NCBI GenBank assembly: GCA_012295275.1
Contig: CM022671.1
Coordinates: 35,712,001-35,776,000 of the forward strand
Length of the DNA stretch: 64,000 nucleotides
Source of the DNA: Chrysomallon squamiferum
Lineage: Eukaryota; Animalia; Mollusca
Direction: 5' to 3'
The stretch's first letter is position 1. Each line of letters opens with the position of its first letter. Both the position numbers and the translations under genes were made by a program. The notes beneath the pieces were generated by a model that saw only the letters and a program-made list of their open reading frames with translations, had not been told where the DNA came from and made no database searches. Of this stretch, positions 25,571-39,502 are shown in pieces.

Positions 25571-28147
25571 TTTAAGATGTATAATGTATTGGATACTTCA
25601 CTTTTCTTGTTTTACTTTGGATCAACCCTCAACACTGCTCTTTATTTACAGCCAGAAATTAATGTTTAAATACCATGATACATAATTTTGAAATTTTAGG
25701 TTGATGTATAAAAACGGTTTCTTGTTTGTAATTGTTAAGAACTGATCATAGACTGTTTCGTTTCTTGTGTCACTCACAAAATCATTTGAATTGAAACCTG
25801 GTAGAAATGTGAAATGTTTCAGTTTCTGTGTCAAGTAAGAAAATAAAGGACGTTGTCATTCTGGGTTATAAATGTTAATTTCACAGATTCCTCAACAAGT
25901 TGTAGAAATAACATCAAAGTTTATTAATTAACCTATTTTTAGACGATTTTAAAGTTACTATTCGTTTCACCAATTCAGACATTTTGAAAATACATGGGTT
26001 AGACAGGCCTACAAAATAGAGGTATCGTTAAAAACGTCACGTTAACGTTCTGCGTGGGTTAAATGACAGATTTCTTTGATCCTAAAATAATACCAAACCA
26101 TAGAATACACCACAACCACCACTCCTTTATTATTATAATTTTTTTTTTTTTTTTTTTTTTGAATATAACTTTAGGGTTTGTTTATTTAATGTTTAAACGT
26201 CTTGGAAGATATTTATTGTTATAGGAAGACGATTAATTAAAGCTGGTGCACACGTTTAACTGCACACGTCGCTGTCCGCGGATCACAGGGTTGTTCAGTG
26301 TTCTATGCAGCTACATGTCTGCGTCTCCAGGCAGGCATGAAGAGAAGGACAATGTTAACAAGCATGAAATGCTGGACGTGATTTCTCACATGTTCGCTGA
26401 AACCTGCGGAAGGTTATCATAACCTTTTTTTATCGAACATCTAACTATTTATTTATCTGTCCTTTCAAACACAATTGGCAGTTATTTGCAGAGAAATAAG
26501 TTTACTCTAAAGAAATACAGTTTACAATACACGTCACAAATTTCGTGTCTCGCTTTGTTATTCTTGTCTCGAGTGCTTTTCAGTCTGGATTCAGTTGTCG
26601 GTTGACAGTTTATAAACTGTTTTGATGACTCGAGTATTCGTAAGAGTTTTGTAATATGAAAAAAAAACGTTTTTTGAAAAGACGTTCAGACAAAAAAAAA
26701 AAAAAAAATCTTTTGTACAGTGACTGTTACATCATCTGTATGATGGAGCAGTTTTTGAAATGTTTATTTTAACTGCAACCAGTTCGGTTCATCGTGATTT
26801 CCGCTTTGTCTCAGACTGGTTTTACTGGCAATTTTCAAGATCACTTCTAACGCTGCTGCGGGTTCAAGCACTCAGCTAGCTCGTGTCGTCTTTGATGTGC
26901 GTGTTGAAACGTTACGCAAGCTTTAATTATCTATTTTAAACATTAAAAGTAATTACTTGATAACATCTCGTTCTGATCTGTTAACAGTTTAAGCAACGCA
27001 GAACTTTTAATTCTCCTTTCCCTTTAATATAGGTTGATCATTACTTCCATTCTAGAGTCCAGATCTAGGATAAACCTCATATATTAGTATCTGTACATTT
27101 ATTATTATTATTATTATTGTTATTATTATTGTTATTATTATTATTATTATTATTATTGTTATTATTATTATTATTATTTATAGATTTATTTATCATCACC
27201 GTCATGATTCATCATTACTGTCAACATCATTATTACTATTATTATTACTGCTATTATTATCATCGTCAACATATATATCATCATCATAATTATTATTATT
27301 TAAGATTAGAAAAAGTCTACTGATAATGTAGTTTCGTCAAGAAAAAAATGACAGGAGTAAGGGACAGACAGACTGACAGACATAGAGAAAAATATTCAGA
27401 ATTTATCCTACAGCACGTGTCTGTAAAGCTGATATCATTCAGAAAAGAAAGGACTCAGAAGAAACATTTAAATGAATGAAATTTAATAGAGAGTGAAATG
27501 AAAAATCCATTTTTTTAATGATATACTGTGAATTATTGAAATCCATTCTCCCCCTCTTAATTTTTTTTATGAAGATTTGATGTCAGCGGTTTTAGGTTAC
27601 AAACGTAGTTATTTTCACACAAAGATCATAAGAGAAAATTGTACATAAGACTTCCCATGAGTGCAGTTTTGCAAATACCCCAGCAACAACAACAACAATA
27701 AAAACAACCAGGAAGGGCTATGGAAACAATTTGTGTGGTGGACACAGATTTGTGATTAATTTAATGTTTCTAAAAAAAAATTAAAAAAAATGTGTTGTTC
27801 AATTTAATACTAAATAATGATTTTATATTTTTGTGTATTTGTATCTTTAACAAAATTATTATCAATTATTATCAATTTCAACATTAGGACTGGGTAAATT
27901 CCTTAATATTACCGTCTGTCTCTCCAAAAAGAAGTGTGTTGTTGTCTTTCAGATGGCTAACAAAGGATACCGTCCATCAAGATGTTTGAAAAGTTCGGTT
28001 GGAAAACCGAATTTAAAAAAAATAAAATAAAATAAAAAACAGTTCATAAGGCGTTCAAGGTGTTGTTCGTCTTTTACCCTGGGGTATTTACTGAAATAAT
28101 TACTTGAAAAACAAGAAGTAACAAACAAAACAAAAGCAGTGCATCTG

Positions 28148-28149
<2 letters not shown>

Positions 28150-28233
<84 letters not shown>
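28150..28233. repeat. (GA)n microsatellite
   Basis: Direct reading. Confidence 0.97.
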
Positions 28234-28236
<3 letters not shown>

Positions 28237-30009
28237 CCAATGCTGCACATAATAATTATTGACAAACATCCAACCAGGACTTTTAAATTTCATGGAATCT
28301 CAGAGACTGACCAGTGACACGCTAGAGGTGATAATTCATGTTTGTAGATAAACCACGCGCAAGTTTTTGCAATTAGAAATTCAAAGATTTTATTACCTTG
28401 TGGTTTTTTTTTTTTTTTTTCTGACGAGTACTTTTATGTTAAGAAAAGGTTTGTAAGTTTGTATTATAAATCTGTTTGTTTGTTATCGTAATACACAAAC
28501 ACTGTTATTGTGGTGAAATTACCTGGGTCAGTGAACTATGGACACTGGTTTTTACCTATCACCAAAAAGTGATTCATGAAACGTGATTTTTACGAAACTC
28601 CATCTGTTACCGCGCTCAATGTCTGACAGTTAGCCTGGCGTAGTTTTGAATAGTTTTTTAACATTAGAAGCTTGGTCGTGGTTGCTGACAGGTAGCCTGA
28701 CCATATTTCCTAATTAGTCTTGAGAGAGTAGATAATGAAATAAAAATACGATTAGTAGAAAGATATAAAACATAAAGATCTTTACAGATATAACACGTGT
28801 GTACTTTACATTACTTAACTTTCATGCACGTACATACATACATACAAATGAAAACATTTGATACATGTGTATATTATACAAGTTTCACACTCTGAATCAC
28901 GCACTGAATCAAGCAAAGCGATGCATGGATACAAAAAAAAAAAAAAAAAAAAATTAATTTAGAGATTTATAAAAGAAACGAAACTGAAATAAACAACAAG
29001 AAGCAACCAAGGATGTAGATGAGTAAGGAACCACTCCCCACCCCCCCAAAAAAAAGAACAAGCGGAAGAAAAATGCCGACGGAGAAAATGAAACAGCTAA
29101 AAATAAGGAAATAAATAAATAAAATGTGTTTAAAAAAAAAGGTTAAAAAAAAAAAAAAAAAAAAAAAAAGAGGTTGAAAAGTACAGAAATCAAAAGAAAA
29201 CAGAGCAGTTTCTCTCGACTAAAGTTTAGATTTTATAATTCTGTTTACGCAGACGTTTGCTGTGAGTTTCCGAGTTTATCTTATCTTGTCTTCTGAGTTT
29301 AAGAAGTCAGCCATTTTCTTTCTGAAACGAGCAATTGCGGAAATCAGTGAATTGATAAAGTTTATGTTTAAATAATTGCACCAAAATACGAAAACTTTCA
29401 AAACGCGCCTGGCAATCAAAGTAATTATTAATTAGTACAAAGAGGTCAAGATCAGTCACTTTTAGTTTCGGTAACGCGTTACTATTTTTGTTGTCTTGTT
29501 TACACCGCTTATCGCAAAGTGTTTACACGGCGAGAAGAGAAAAATAATGTTGCACGTGCGGGGCGCATGATGTTTTTGTTTATATTCGTGACCTTGTGGA
29601 CGAAGTTAACATCAATATGCGTCTTCTTCTGGAGATAACTGGAAACCTTCCAGATAATTTACACTCTCTGTCAAGAGACGATAACGACATTGCCACACTA
29701 ATTCCTCCCTGCAGGAGAAGTACGCGCCAAGGGCTGTTCCATTACTGTTACAGGGGAGGGAATAGAACAGACAGGTTTATTGTTGATGCCAGAGCTGTTG
29801 GTTCCAAAGTCGTATGCACAGATTATTATTATTTTTTTTTTTTAAACTTACCTTGGTTTATGTCTTACGCTGAATTATATCGCCTGGGAACTTGGATAAA
29901 GAATGTGTCTGACCTGGGTTGTGTTTCTGCTAGTGTTTGTTTTGATGAAGATTAACCTGTCACAGATAATGTACGTACATCAAGCTATGGTCATCTTGAA
30001 AGTTATTGA

Positions 30010-30248
30010 AACCCAATGAAATGATGTGCCCGCCCCGCCTGGAATCGTGGATCGGTTCCTGTGCATCTTTGTACAATGTTTTGGATATCGTCTTTCAACA
30101 AAGGCGCACCAAGCGAAAACCCCGACCCCTTAACACATGCCTGACGTAGTAATGTGGTGCATTACGTCATAAATATATTACGTCACCCGTGTGATGTCTC
30201 TAAGATACCATGTGTTTCAACAGGAAGAAATTATTAGACACGGTAAGC
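30010..30248 (+). promoter_or_regulatory. Promoter-like cluster (CCAAT, GC box, three CRE/PAR-like TTACGTCA/TGACGTA sites, TATA-like) followed by a splice donor
   Basis: CCAAT 30013-30017, GCCCGCCCCGCC 30028-30039, TGACGTA 30142, TTACGTCA 30162 and 30178, CATAAATATA 30168-30177, ACG|GTAAGC at 30242/30243. Motif evidence only. Confidence 0.4.
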
Positions 30249-31379
30249 GCGTAGTACTGTCTGTCTTACATTTAGAATGAAAACGACTTAATTAAAGCCG
30301 TTTTTTAACAAAATTAGGTACAAAATTAAGTCACAGTTAAATTAATGCTTTATTAATTAAAATGATTTTAAAATATCGCTACAAGTAGCTCTATACTGGA
30401 CCGATTTTTATAAAACAGGAAAGTTTGCTTGTATGAATGATAACAAAACATGAGTTTAAACTAAACTGAATTAGCTTTAAAAAGATTAGTTTGTGGACTG
30501 GATAAAAGGATTCACTAAAACCTTTCAATTTCTGAAAGTATACAGACACTTTCGTTGATGTTACCGTTAATTTTAATTAATTAATTAATTAATTTTATCC
30601 CTCTCTCCATATACGTACGTTTACATAAGCCTTAATTTTATAGTTCTTATTCGTAAGTTAACGTTTTATTAAAAGAAGATAAGGCGAAGAAGAAGAAAGT
30701 CTGGTTTTAACTGATATATTTATAATTACTTAATTAACTTTTACCTAGCTTTGTGTTTTTTCATGATACACTTTCAACCTGTTAGTACATAAATAATAAC
30801 TTTTTTCTGCCTTCTGAAGTTCAAAACACATATACACAGATAACATAATAATAATAATAATAATAAATACAACATGTATGAAATTTGTTATTTTTTATGA
30901 TTTTTTTTTTTTTTTTTTTTCGTGTCAGTTATCGCGTGTAAAGTTCTCATTTAACTAAAGTTTTAATAACCACACTGTACACCCGTTAAATCAGGCTGCA
31001 GTAACCTTCTCACGTTTCTGTAGCACCCACTTCCCCCAACAAACTACCACCTTTTGTACAAATAATCTTCACCATCTCACAAATGAAAGAAAGAAAAGAA
31101 GACAAATGTACCCCTGAACCGATCCCTCCTCAAACAGTCTACCCACGTAATGTTTAAATAACCATAAAAAAAAAATAATAAATCGGTGCATTCATAACAC
31201 GAAAATGTTAATGTGCACTTTTGAAAAACGAAACATTCCGATATTAGAGCGTTATTTATTTATTTGTTGTTGTATTTATTTTGTACAAAATAAAATAGAC
31301 ATAGTAGCTGGTGAAATTTATTACAAAACGAAATAGTGATATGACATATCCCATATGGCCATCGCAGACGTGAAGTTAT

Positions 31380-31500
31380 TTTGGCGGGAAACGGCTTGTT
31401 CACGTCGATAATTCATCTCCAGCAGACCTCCGAGCTTCAGCCGCAAGGGGCGGAGCCGGGTGGGTGTCTAGGTGAGGGTGTGAATCGCCACATCTGTTAA
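31380..31500. promoter_or_regulatory. CpG-rich element with E2F-like and Sp/KLF sites
   Basis: TTTGGCGGGAAA at 31380-31391, GGGGCGGAGC at 31447-31456, and GGGTGGGTGT / AGGGTGTG downstream. Confidence 0.35.
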
Positions 31501-31944
31501 AGGAAAAATCTTTAATGTTTCTCTGACTTCAAACTGAATATCTTGATTTTTATTTTTGAATATTTCTTTACGACAGACATACACGTATACACAGCAAACG
31601 AAATGCTCGCCCAGGAAAGAGGAGGGGCGTTTCTCGCACCCCTTGGGGCCGTTTCTGACATTACACCTGTCTTATTATCGGTAATTACTTTCAATCTACC
31701 TCTGTTTATCTCTGGCTTATTTATAGATCAAATTACAAGCAAGAATTTCAAAAGAGCTGAAAGTTCACTCAAATTTTGTTACCTATTCAGGTGCGGATGT
31801 TTCTGGGTGGTGTCAGGACAGAGTCCGTATTGTTACATCAAGTTGAAACATTTACTTAAACACTCCCCCCCTATATTAATTTTAGAGTTATCACTGAATA
31901 ACGTAACAAGTTTATTAGAAAATATTAAAGATTAATTATAAAAG

Positions 31945-31998
<54 letters not shown>

Positions 31999-32688
31999 CA
32001 CCATCATCATCAGTAAAATTATCATCATCATAAAAATATAATAGCCAAAAACGAATAATAAAAAAAAAAAAAAAAAAACAGTATTTAAAATTTAATAATT
32101 ATTTAAAATCATCTAATAAACAAGAATAATAATTTTTCTAAAAAAAAAAAAAAAAAAAACAACTTAGTTGCAGATGTTGGGGCGGGATCAAAGGATCTGG
32201 TTCAACCCAGCGCAGACGATCACAGAATTTAACGGCGTATTTTGCGTGTGCGTGCTGTGCTATACGATTAGCTAGTGATACACTTTTCAAATATGGCGGG
32301 GGAAAACGAGGTTAATTCGGCGGGTTCGCTTCTGACTGAATTCATTTCGAATAAAACAGATACAAACGTTTCACAAACATTAAGCCTGTTGTGCTCTAGA
32401 TAAAAACCTTGACACTGCTCGGCGTCTTCACGAGGAAAAGATGTACTTTTGCGACAAAAGCTCATCTAGGTGGTCATCATTATGTAGCGTTATGTTTTGT
32501 GTTTGACTGTGACACTCGTTTAGAAAGTCACTCGACTGTGAAATACCGCCAGCTTATATTCTCTTCTCATCGGAGACCACCAGCTCCCATAATGCAACAC
32601 GCACGCGCTTAAGCACGGGCGCTACGTGCCAAAGTTCAGCAGTGACCTTGCGAACAACAATAATATATATCTGGATGGAAGAAATTCA

Positions 32689-32719
<31 letters not shown>

Positions 32720-33201
32720 CTTTTCGCTAAAAAGCGATGAAGTTTTAAAAGAAGACAAACCCTCGAGCAAGCTTTGGTCCAGTTTTCTATTGTTAATGTA
32801 TCCGTTACTCATTTGGTCACGGTTGAGAAAACAGACAGTTCGTTATTTTAGTTAAACTACTGATTTTAGCGTACTACACAGTCTCATGTTACAGCAAACT
32901 CACAAGAAACGCACACTAAGGTTTTTGTGGAAACTTTGAAAAAAAAAACCCAAAAAAAAACCGCACGCAGTTTGACTTTTGTTGACCTACAGGTGAAAGA
33001 ACTTAGAAAAAAACATCAGTGATAAATTGTTTTGAGTATTATTATTATTATTATTCTTTATTATTATTATTACTGTACGTTGTTTTTGTTGTTTGCGAGA
33101 GATGAATTAAATTTATAAAAACATAAACATACTAACAGATACTGAAATGCAAAGATCAAGACAGAGATGAACAGACGTGCTATGCCGAAAGAAAAAGAAA
33201 C

Positions 33202-33244
<43 letters not shown>

Positions 33245-35916
33245 TTCTTCGACAGTGGAATGCTTTTATTCTTTCCGTTAATATAAATAGTAAAATGTGC
33301 ACTTGCTTGTTGTGGAGAGTATCTGTTTGTCAGTGTAAAGGTTAATGTTAAGTGTTTTCATGTTTCCAGTAGCCGCAGCAAGTATAACAGACTGTGTAGA
33401 ATACCACGCTTCTGTTCACATTACACGCACACACGCACACTTGTACTGTCACAACAGCATTCGTATACACGCACAAGCACTTTCTTTCGTATTTGAACAT
33501 TTAAAAAAAAAAAACCTTACGAATTCATCTTTTTATGTGGTTGTGTGTGTCTGTGTGTGTCTGTGTGTGTATATAGCTGGATAGATATAATTATAGCCTA
33601 AGGTGGATGTGTGTGTGTGTTTGTGTATTCCTGTGTATGTATGTATGTTTTTGTAAATATATATATATTGGTTAATGTTTGCAAGCAAGATAAATGGTTA
33701 TTACACCTGTAATGAAAAAAATCAATAGGTTTAATTAAACAAACAGTTTGTATAACGTTGTTGAAATCTTACAAAATGAACGCAGTAGCTGTTTATGTTA
33801 TAATCGCATTTATGAAACGGGTCACGAAAACTGGTTTATATTTATTAATTTACTATTAATATACTTGATGAACATTTTATTTTCATGTATTTGAAATTAT
33901 TACTAGTTGAGCAATTTTTTATTTAGTTTAATCCAAATATTTTATCTACTTTTATCTAAAATTTATGTCTCTGACTTTTTCTAGTTAAAATCATGCTTCA
34001 AGATATATTACGGGGGTGGGGGCGTGTTCTACATCAGTAACCAGGCTACGCCCAAGGTATGTCAGTTTTCTGTTGCTAATATTTATTCACATGTTTTAGT
34101 AGGTGTGGAAATGAACTTTTCATCGATTTCTGTTGCATGTTTTGTTATGAAAATACAAATATTGATTCTATCTAAATTACTCATAATTTACATATCTGTG
34201 TGTTTGAAAAGCTGGTAAAAACAAAATGACATTTGCAGGAAAATAAGACGATCTGGAGTTTGTAGTGAACTTAAATAAGTTTGGTGCAGAATTTATTTCT
34301 GTATTTGTTTCAGAATTACTTGTTCAGAGTGTAATAAAAATTATGTAACAGCGACAGAAGGTTTATTATTATTGTTATTATTATTATTATTATTGTTCTG
34401 TTGTTGTTTTTATTTTTATTGTTATTGTTATTATTTTGTTATTATTGTTACTATTATTGTTATTGTTATTATTATAACTACTATTATTATTAGTGTTATT
34501 TTGTTGTTTTGTTATTGTTATTGATCTTATTACTATCATCATTATCATTGTTATTATTATTTAAATTAAGTTAACAGAAACATATATATATTTTTTTTAA
34601 ATTTAATTTTATTAGTCATTCAGCCTACTTTTATAACAATACAGTCTGAAATAAGAAACCCACATGACATCACGTGATCGGTTATTTAATCTAGCAGCAA
34701 GGTTTCTTTTATTTAATCATTAATAATGATAATAATAATATGATAAATAATAATAATAATATGATAAACTAGTGAACTGATACTGGTTAGAACGGAAGAA
34801 GTGATGAAGACGATAACGTTTCTCCAAGCGAATGAATATTAACAGGAATTATTCATGGTAATTATCATAACTGTCGTATCAGATGCCTGTTTTTACGTCA
34901 CTGTTGTCGTACCTGCAGTTTTTCTTATTAACCTACAACACCTGGATGCAGGTAAGCCGACACAAGAGAAACGAGATACAGTGAATATATCAGAGAGGTT
35001 TTGTTGATGGGTCAGTTCAGGTGAATGAAATATCATCTTAGGGTTTTAGAAGGAAGGAAACTGTGTAAATTTCTTGTGGATGGATGAAATGTGAGAAAGG
35101 CTTAGACGATTAATTGTAAGGAAATAGAACACGAGGCTAAGAGAGAGAGAGAGAACGTCAAAGAAAAACAAAGAATAAGTACAGAGAGAGAGAGAGACTG
35201 ATTTAGCCAAATATATTATTATTATTATTTTGTTGTTATTAAAGACTTTGAAACGTTCATTAACAGCAATTTGTGAATCTTATACATTTTATTAGCTATT
35301 TTTTGCACGAACTATACCGTAAATATACGACAACTCCCGAATGCTGATTGTCCGACCTTTCGCCTTTTTGCTTAGTAACAATAATGAACAACAAGATATA
35401 TTTTTTTTTATATATTAGTTATTTGAAAAAATATCAGGTTTCAGAGTAAGATAAACTGACCCAGAGAAAAATATCAAATTGCCTAAACACGAGACGACAC
35501 GATAACGCGAACAAATATCTTCCTTTGTCCGCCATAAACTCATAATTATGCATGAGAACTCGTGCATTGTGGGTATCTGTCATCTTCCACAATAAAAAAT
35601 GTCGCACCGCATTATTAACCGGCAATATAAGTTTTATCAGTTTCAATATTTGACCATGAAGCGTTGAACATAAAAAAGTTCACAACAGAAACGGCTAAAG
35701 TTATCGTTAACAAAACAAACGTGCTCTTTTTGAATCTGTACTGTAGATAAAAACAAATTACCTGTGGCTGTCTACGCATGCGCCACGTCTTTGCAATATT
35801 TCAAAATGACAGGTGCAGCCGGAAAATAATCTACATTGACACGTCTCCAATTCACGTTCAAATCAAAACGTGATAATGAAATCAAAAATATTTCATGTTT
35901 GTATGAGAAATATGAT

Positions 35917-35947
<31 letters not shown>

Positions 35948-36403
35948 CATAAGAATATATTCAGAAATGATGATGATGATGAATAATAATATTAACAATG
36001 GTAGTAGTTGTAATAATTGTAGTAACAGTTGTTTTAGTAGTAGTAGAAGTAACAACATAATAAATAAATAAATAAGTAACAATACTAATAATATGAAGCG
36101 ATGAAGTAAGTAGTAGTTGTCGTATAATTATAGTAGTTACAATCATAGTACCTATAAATTAATAATAAATAAATCAACGAATAAAAATATTTGTTTGAAT
36201 AAATAACAACTACAACGATAATAATAATAATTATTAGTAGTAATAATAGTAATAGCAAGAAGAAGAAATGAAAGGAAGAGGTGAAGAAGAACACTGACCG
36301 GAACACACACACACACACACACACACGGTTCCACACAAACACAGATATGTATTTGTACATTTACAGAAAGAGATAGACCAAGAAAAGATCCATTTCATTA
36401 TAA

Positions 36404-36463
<60 letters not shown>

Positions 36464-37056
36464 TATTAAACAGTTCTTAATGATTATCAAACAACGAGAG
36501 GTTCCAGTTTCTCACGCATCGCAATTAAGTCTGACTCAGCAAACCTTCTCCACCACCCTCCACCCCCAAGACATTATTACCTAATCTTCGCCTGCTTGAA
36601 CCACCCCACCCCATCCCACCCCATCCCACCCCACCTCACGTGACAAACAACGTAAGCTTCTTTCTGAACTATTGGACTGCAGTGTGATTTGCAGTTTTTT
36701 GAACGCCTCTTGCTGTGTCACCTTTCTTTTGTTGCATACGTGTTCGTTGCTACCACTCTGCATTGTTTTCAGCCGGGTCGAGAAGTTAAAGATGTCCTCG
36801 GGAGCAGATTTAAGCAGTCACGCTGACCCTACGTCGACGACGACGTGATGTCCTTGCACGCACGTCACGTCACGTCGGCGCTGCAGCTTCACGTGACCCA
36901 CGGCGGCTACAACAGGCGGAAAGAGACAGCTTCATCTGCAAGTGGTGTTTTTTTTTTTGTGTGACGATGACGATGCATCGTTTTGTAGAAGGTTTAAAAA
37001 TAGCTTTATTGTCGTTTTTATTTAGCTTTTACGTACCGTAAGCTGCGAGCGGTATG

Positions 37057-37919
37057 CATGTATGTATGCACGTGTGTGTGTGTGTGTGTGTGTTTGGTGT
37101 GTGTGTGTGTGTGGTGTGTGTGTGTGTGTGTGGTGTGTGTGTGTGTGTGTGGTGTGTGTGTGTGTGATCGTATGCACGTACGTACGTATTTATGTATCGT
37201 GTCTGTCCATTTAGGTATGTATGTATGTATTGTTTTTGTCAGTATGTATGTAAGTATTATGTAATATATGATGTTATGTCTGTGTATGTGTGTCTGTACG
37301 TATATACTGTGTGTATGTATGTTTGTATCTTTGTATGTGTAATTTTTGTGTATGTATGTACGTATGTGGATATGAAATATTTCTGTATGTTCTTAATTGT
37401 ATGTACTCATATATCGTTTATCTCAGATAATTCACTCATGTTCAAATAGGTTTGTGTGTGCGAGTGTGTGTATATGTACGAATATGTATGTATGTGTACG
37501 TATGTGTATGTGTATCTGTGTGTATGTATATAAGTGTATCTATGTGTATATTTATATGTATCTGTATATGTGTGTGTGTGTGTGTGGTGTGTGTATGCAT
37601 GTGTGTGTGTGTGTGGTGTGTGTGTGTGTTTGTGGTGTGTGTGTGTTTGTGGTGTGTGTGTGTGTATGTATGTGTGTGGTGTGTGTCCGTGTGTGTTTGT
37701 GGTGTGTGTGTGTATGTATGTGTGTGGTGTGTGTGCGTGTGTGTTTGTGGTGTGTGTGTATGTATGTATGTGTGTGGTATGTGTGTATGTATGTATGTAT
37801 GTATGTGTGTGGTGTGTGTGTATGTATATATGTATGTGTGTGAGTGTGTGTATGTATGTATGTATGTGTGTGGTGTGTGTGTGTTTGTATGTGTGTGTGT
37901 GTGTGTGTATGTATGTATA

Positions 37920-37958
<39 letters not shown>

Positions 37959-37998
37959 GTGTGTGTGTGTGTGGTTTGTGTGTGTATGTATGTATGTA

Positions 37999-38029
<31 letters not shown>

Positions 38030-38075
38030 ATGTATGTATGTATGTGTGTAGTGTGTGTGTGTGTATGTAGGTATG

Positions 38076-38108
<33 letters not shown>

Positions 38109-38155
38109 ATGTATGTGTGTGTGTGTGTGTGGTGTGTGTGTGTGAGAGAGAGAGT
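37057..38155. repeat. Large compound (TG)n/(TATG)n simple-repeat field
   Basis: Direct reading; source of many C/V/M/Y ORFs. Confidence 0.95.
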
Positions 38156-38449
38156 GACAGAAAAAGGGAAGGGTTATTAGATACAGTGTAAAACGGATGT
38201 GAAAGAACTGAAGTTTACTGAGTACGAGACAGAAAACATAGAAGTTTGTCTTGTTCTTCCTCGTGTGACTAACATTTCCTTAATTTCACAACATCCTATT
38301 ACGTGCTCTTTAATTTCGTGTCACTGAACGTTTTAGATTATTATTTTTGGTGCACATACACACACACACATATAAAATTATTGTTGTTGTTGCTATTGTT
38401 ATTATTGCTTTTGTTGTTGTTATTATGTAGCAATTATTTAAATAAGCTG

Positions 38450-38515
<66 letters not shown>

Positions 38516-39037
38516 GTATGTATATATGTTAAATAATTTATTTTTGTTTGAGTGAATACATATATGTTTTAGTCAGTATATGTTTATGTCTATGTTAAAT
38601 ATCATTAAACTGATTATTTTGTGTCCAACTCTGTTGTATAAATTAATCAAAATGTTAAAAAATTCAAATGGTTAAAACAAAAAAACAAAAAAAATCCTGG
38701 ACACTATGCCTATGCAAATAATAAAGTTTTATCATGCACGATGCACGTGGGATCCTCCTTGTGCCTGCGTGCAACATTTCCGTAAGTAAACTGTGCAGTG
38801 TGACACCCTGCCTAGTGCAGCACGTACTGTTTGCTTTCCCTGGGGTCCACTGACAACATGCTCAACTTATCAGAGTAAACAGTTAACCTTGTCGCTACCT
38901 GACAGGTGAGAATATTCACCTGTCCAGGTAAGAAAAAGAAAAAAGGCACGCGGCGTACGTGATATTTCCTAGATAACGAAAACACGACTGGTTTATATAA
39001 ACATGAACTTGTTTGCGTTAGCAGATATCACCACAGA

Positions 39038-39080
<43 letters not shown>

Positions 39081-39459
39081 ACAGACAGACACATTATCGA
39101 AGTCTGGGGCGCTGTCACCTCTGTGACAACGTTGCCATGGTGATACTGTGCCAACACCTGTTGCGTAATTTTAATGATTAACATGTTGATTTAGAAATTT
39201 AATAATAAATCCACATGCATATTTGAATGTACAAGTGTGTGTGGCTGTGTATATGTGTTTGTGTCTCTGTGTATCTGTGTATACGTGCGTGCAGGTTGTT
39301 TCAGAGCGTCAGTATGTATGTACGTGTGTATGTACACATGGATCTGTTTTACTTCCATTGTGTGCATGTGTTTACGTAGTGCTTGTGTATGTACGTATGT
39401 ATGCTTGTATTAATGTATGTATATACATAATAACTCACGCATTTATGTGTGTGTTTGTG

Positions 39460-39469
<10 letters not shown>

Positions 39470-39502
<33 letters not shown>

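Noticed and set aside
29596-29955. 119-aa ORF with protein-like N-terminal half
   Set aside because: No family recognised, runs through a poly-T tract, and lacks convincing splice boundaries.
32195-32220. tRNA T-arm/B-box-like GGTTCAACCC (similar motifs near 26860 and, on the minus strand, 63630)
   Set aside because: No cloverleaf or appropriately spaced A box.
38943-38953. Partial match to miR-124 (AAGGCACGCGG)
   Set aside because: The match ends after about 11 nt and there is no precursor hairpin.
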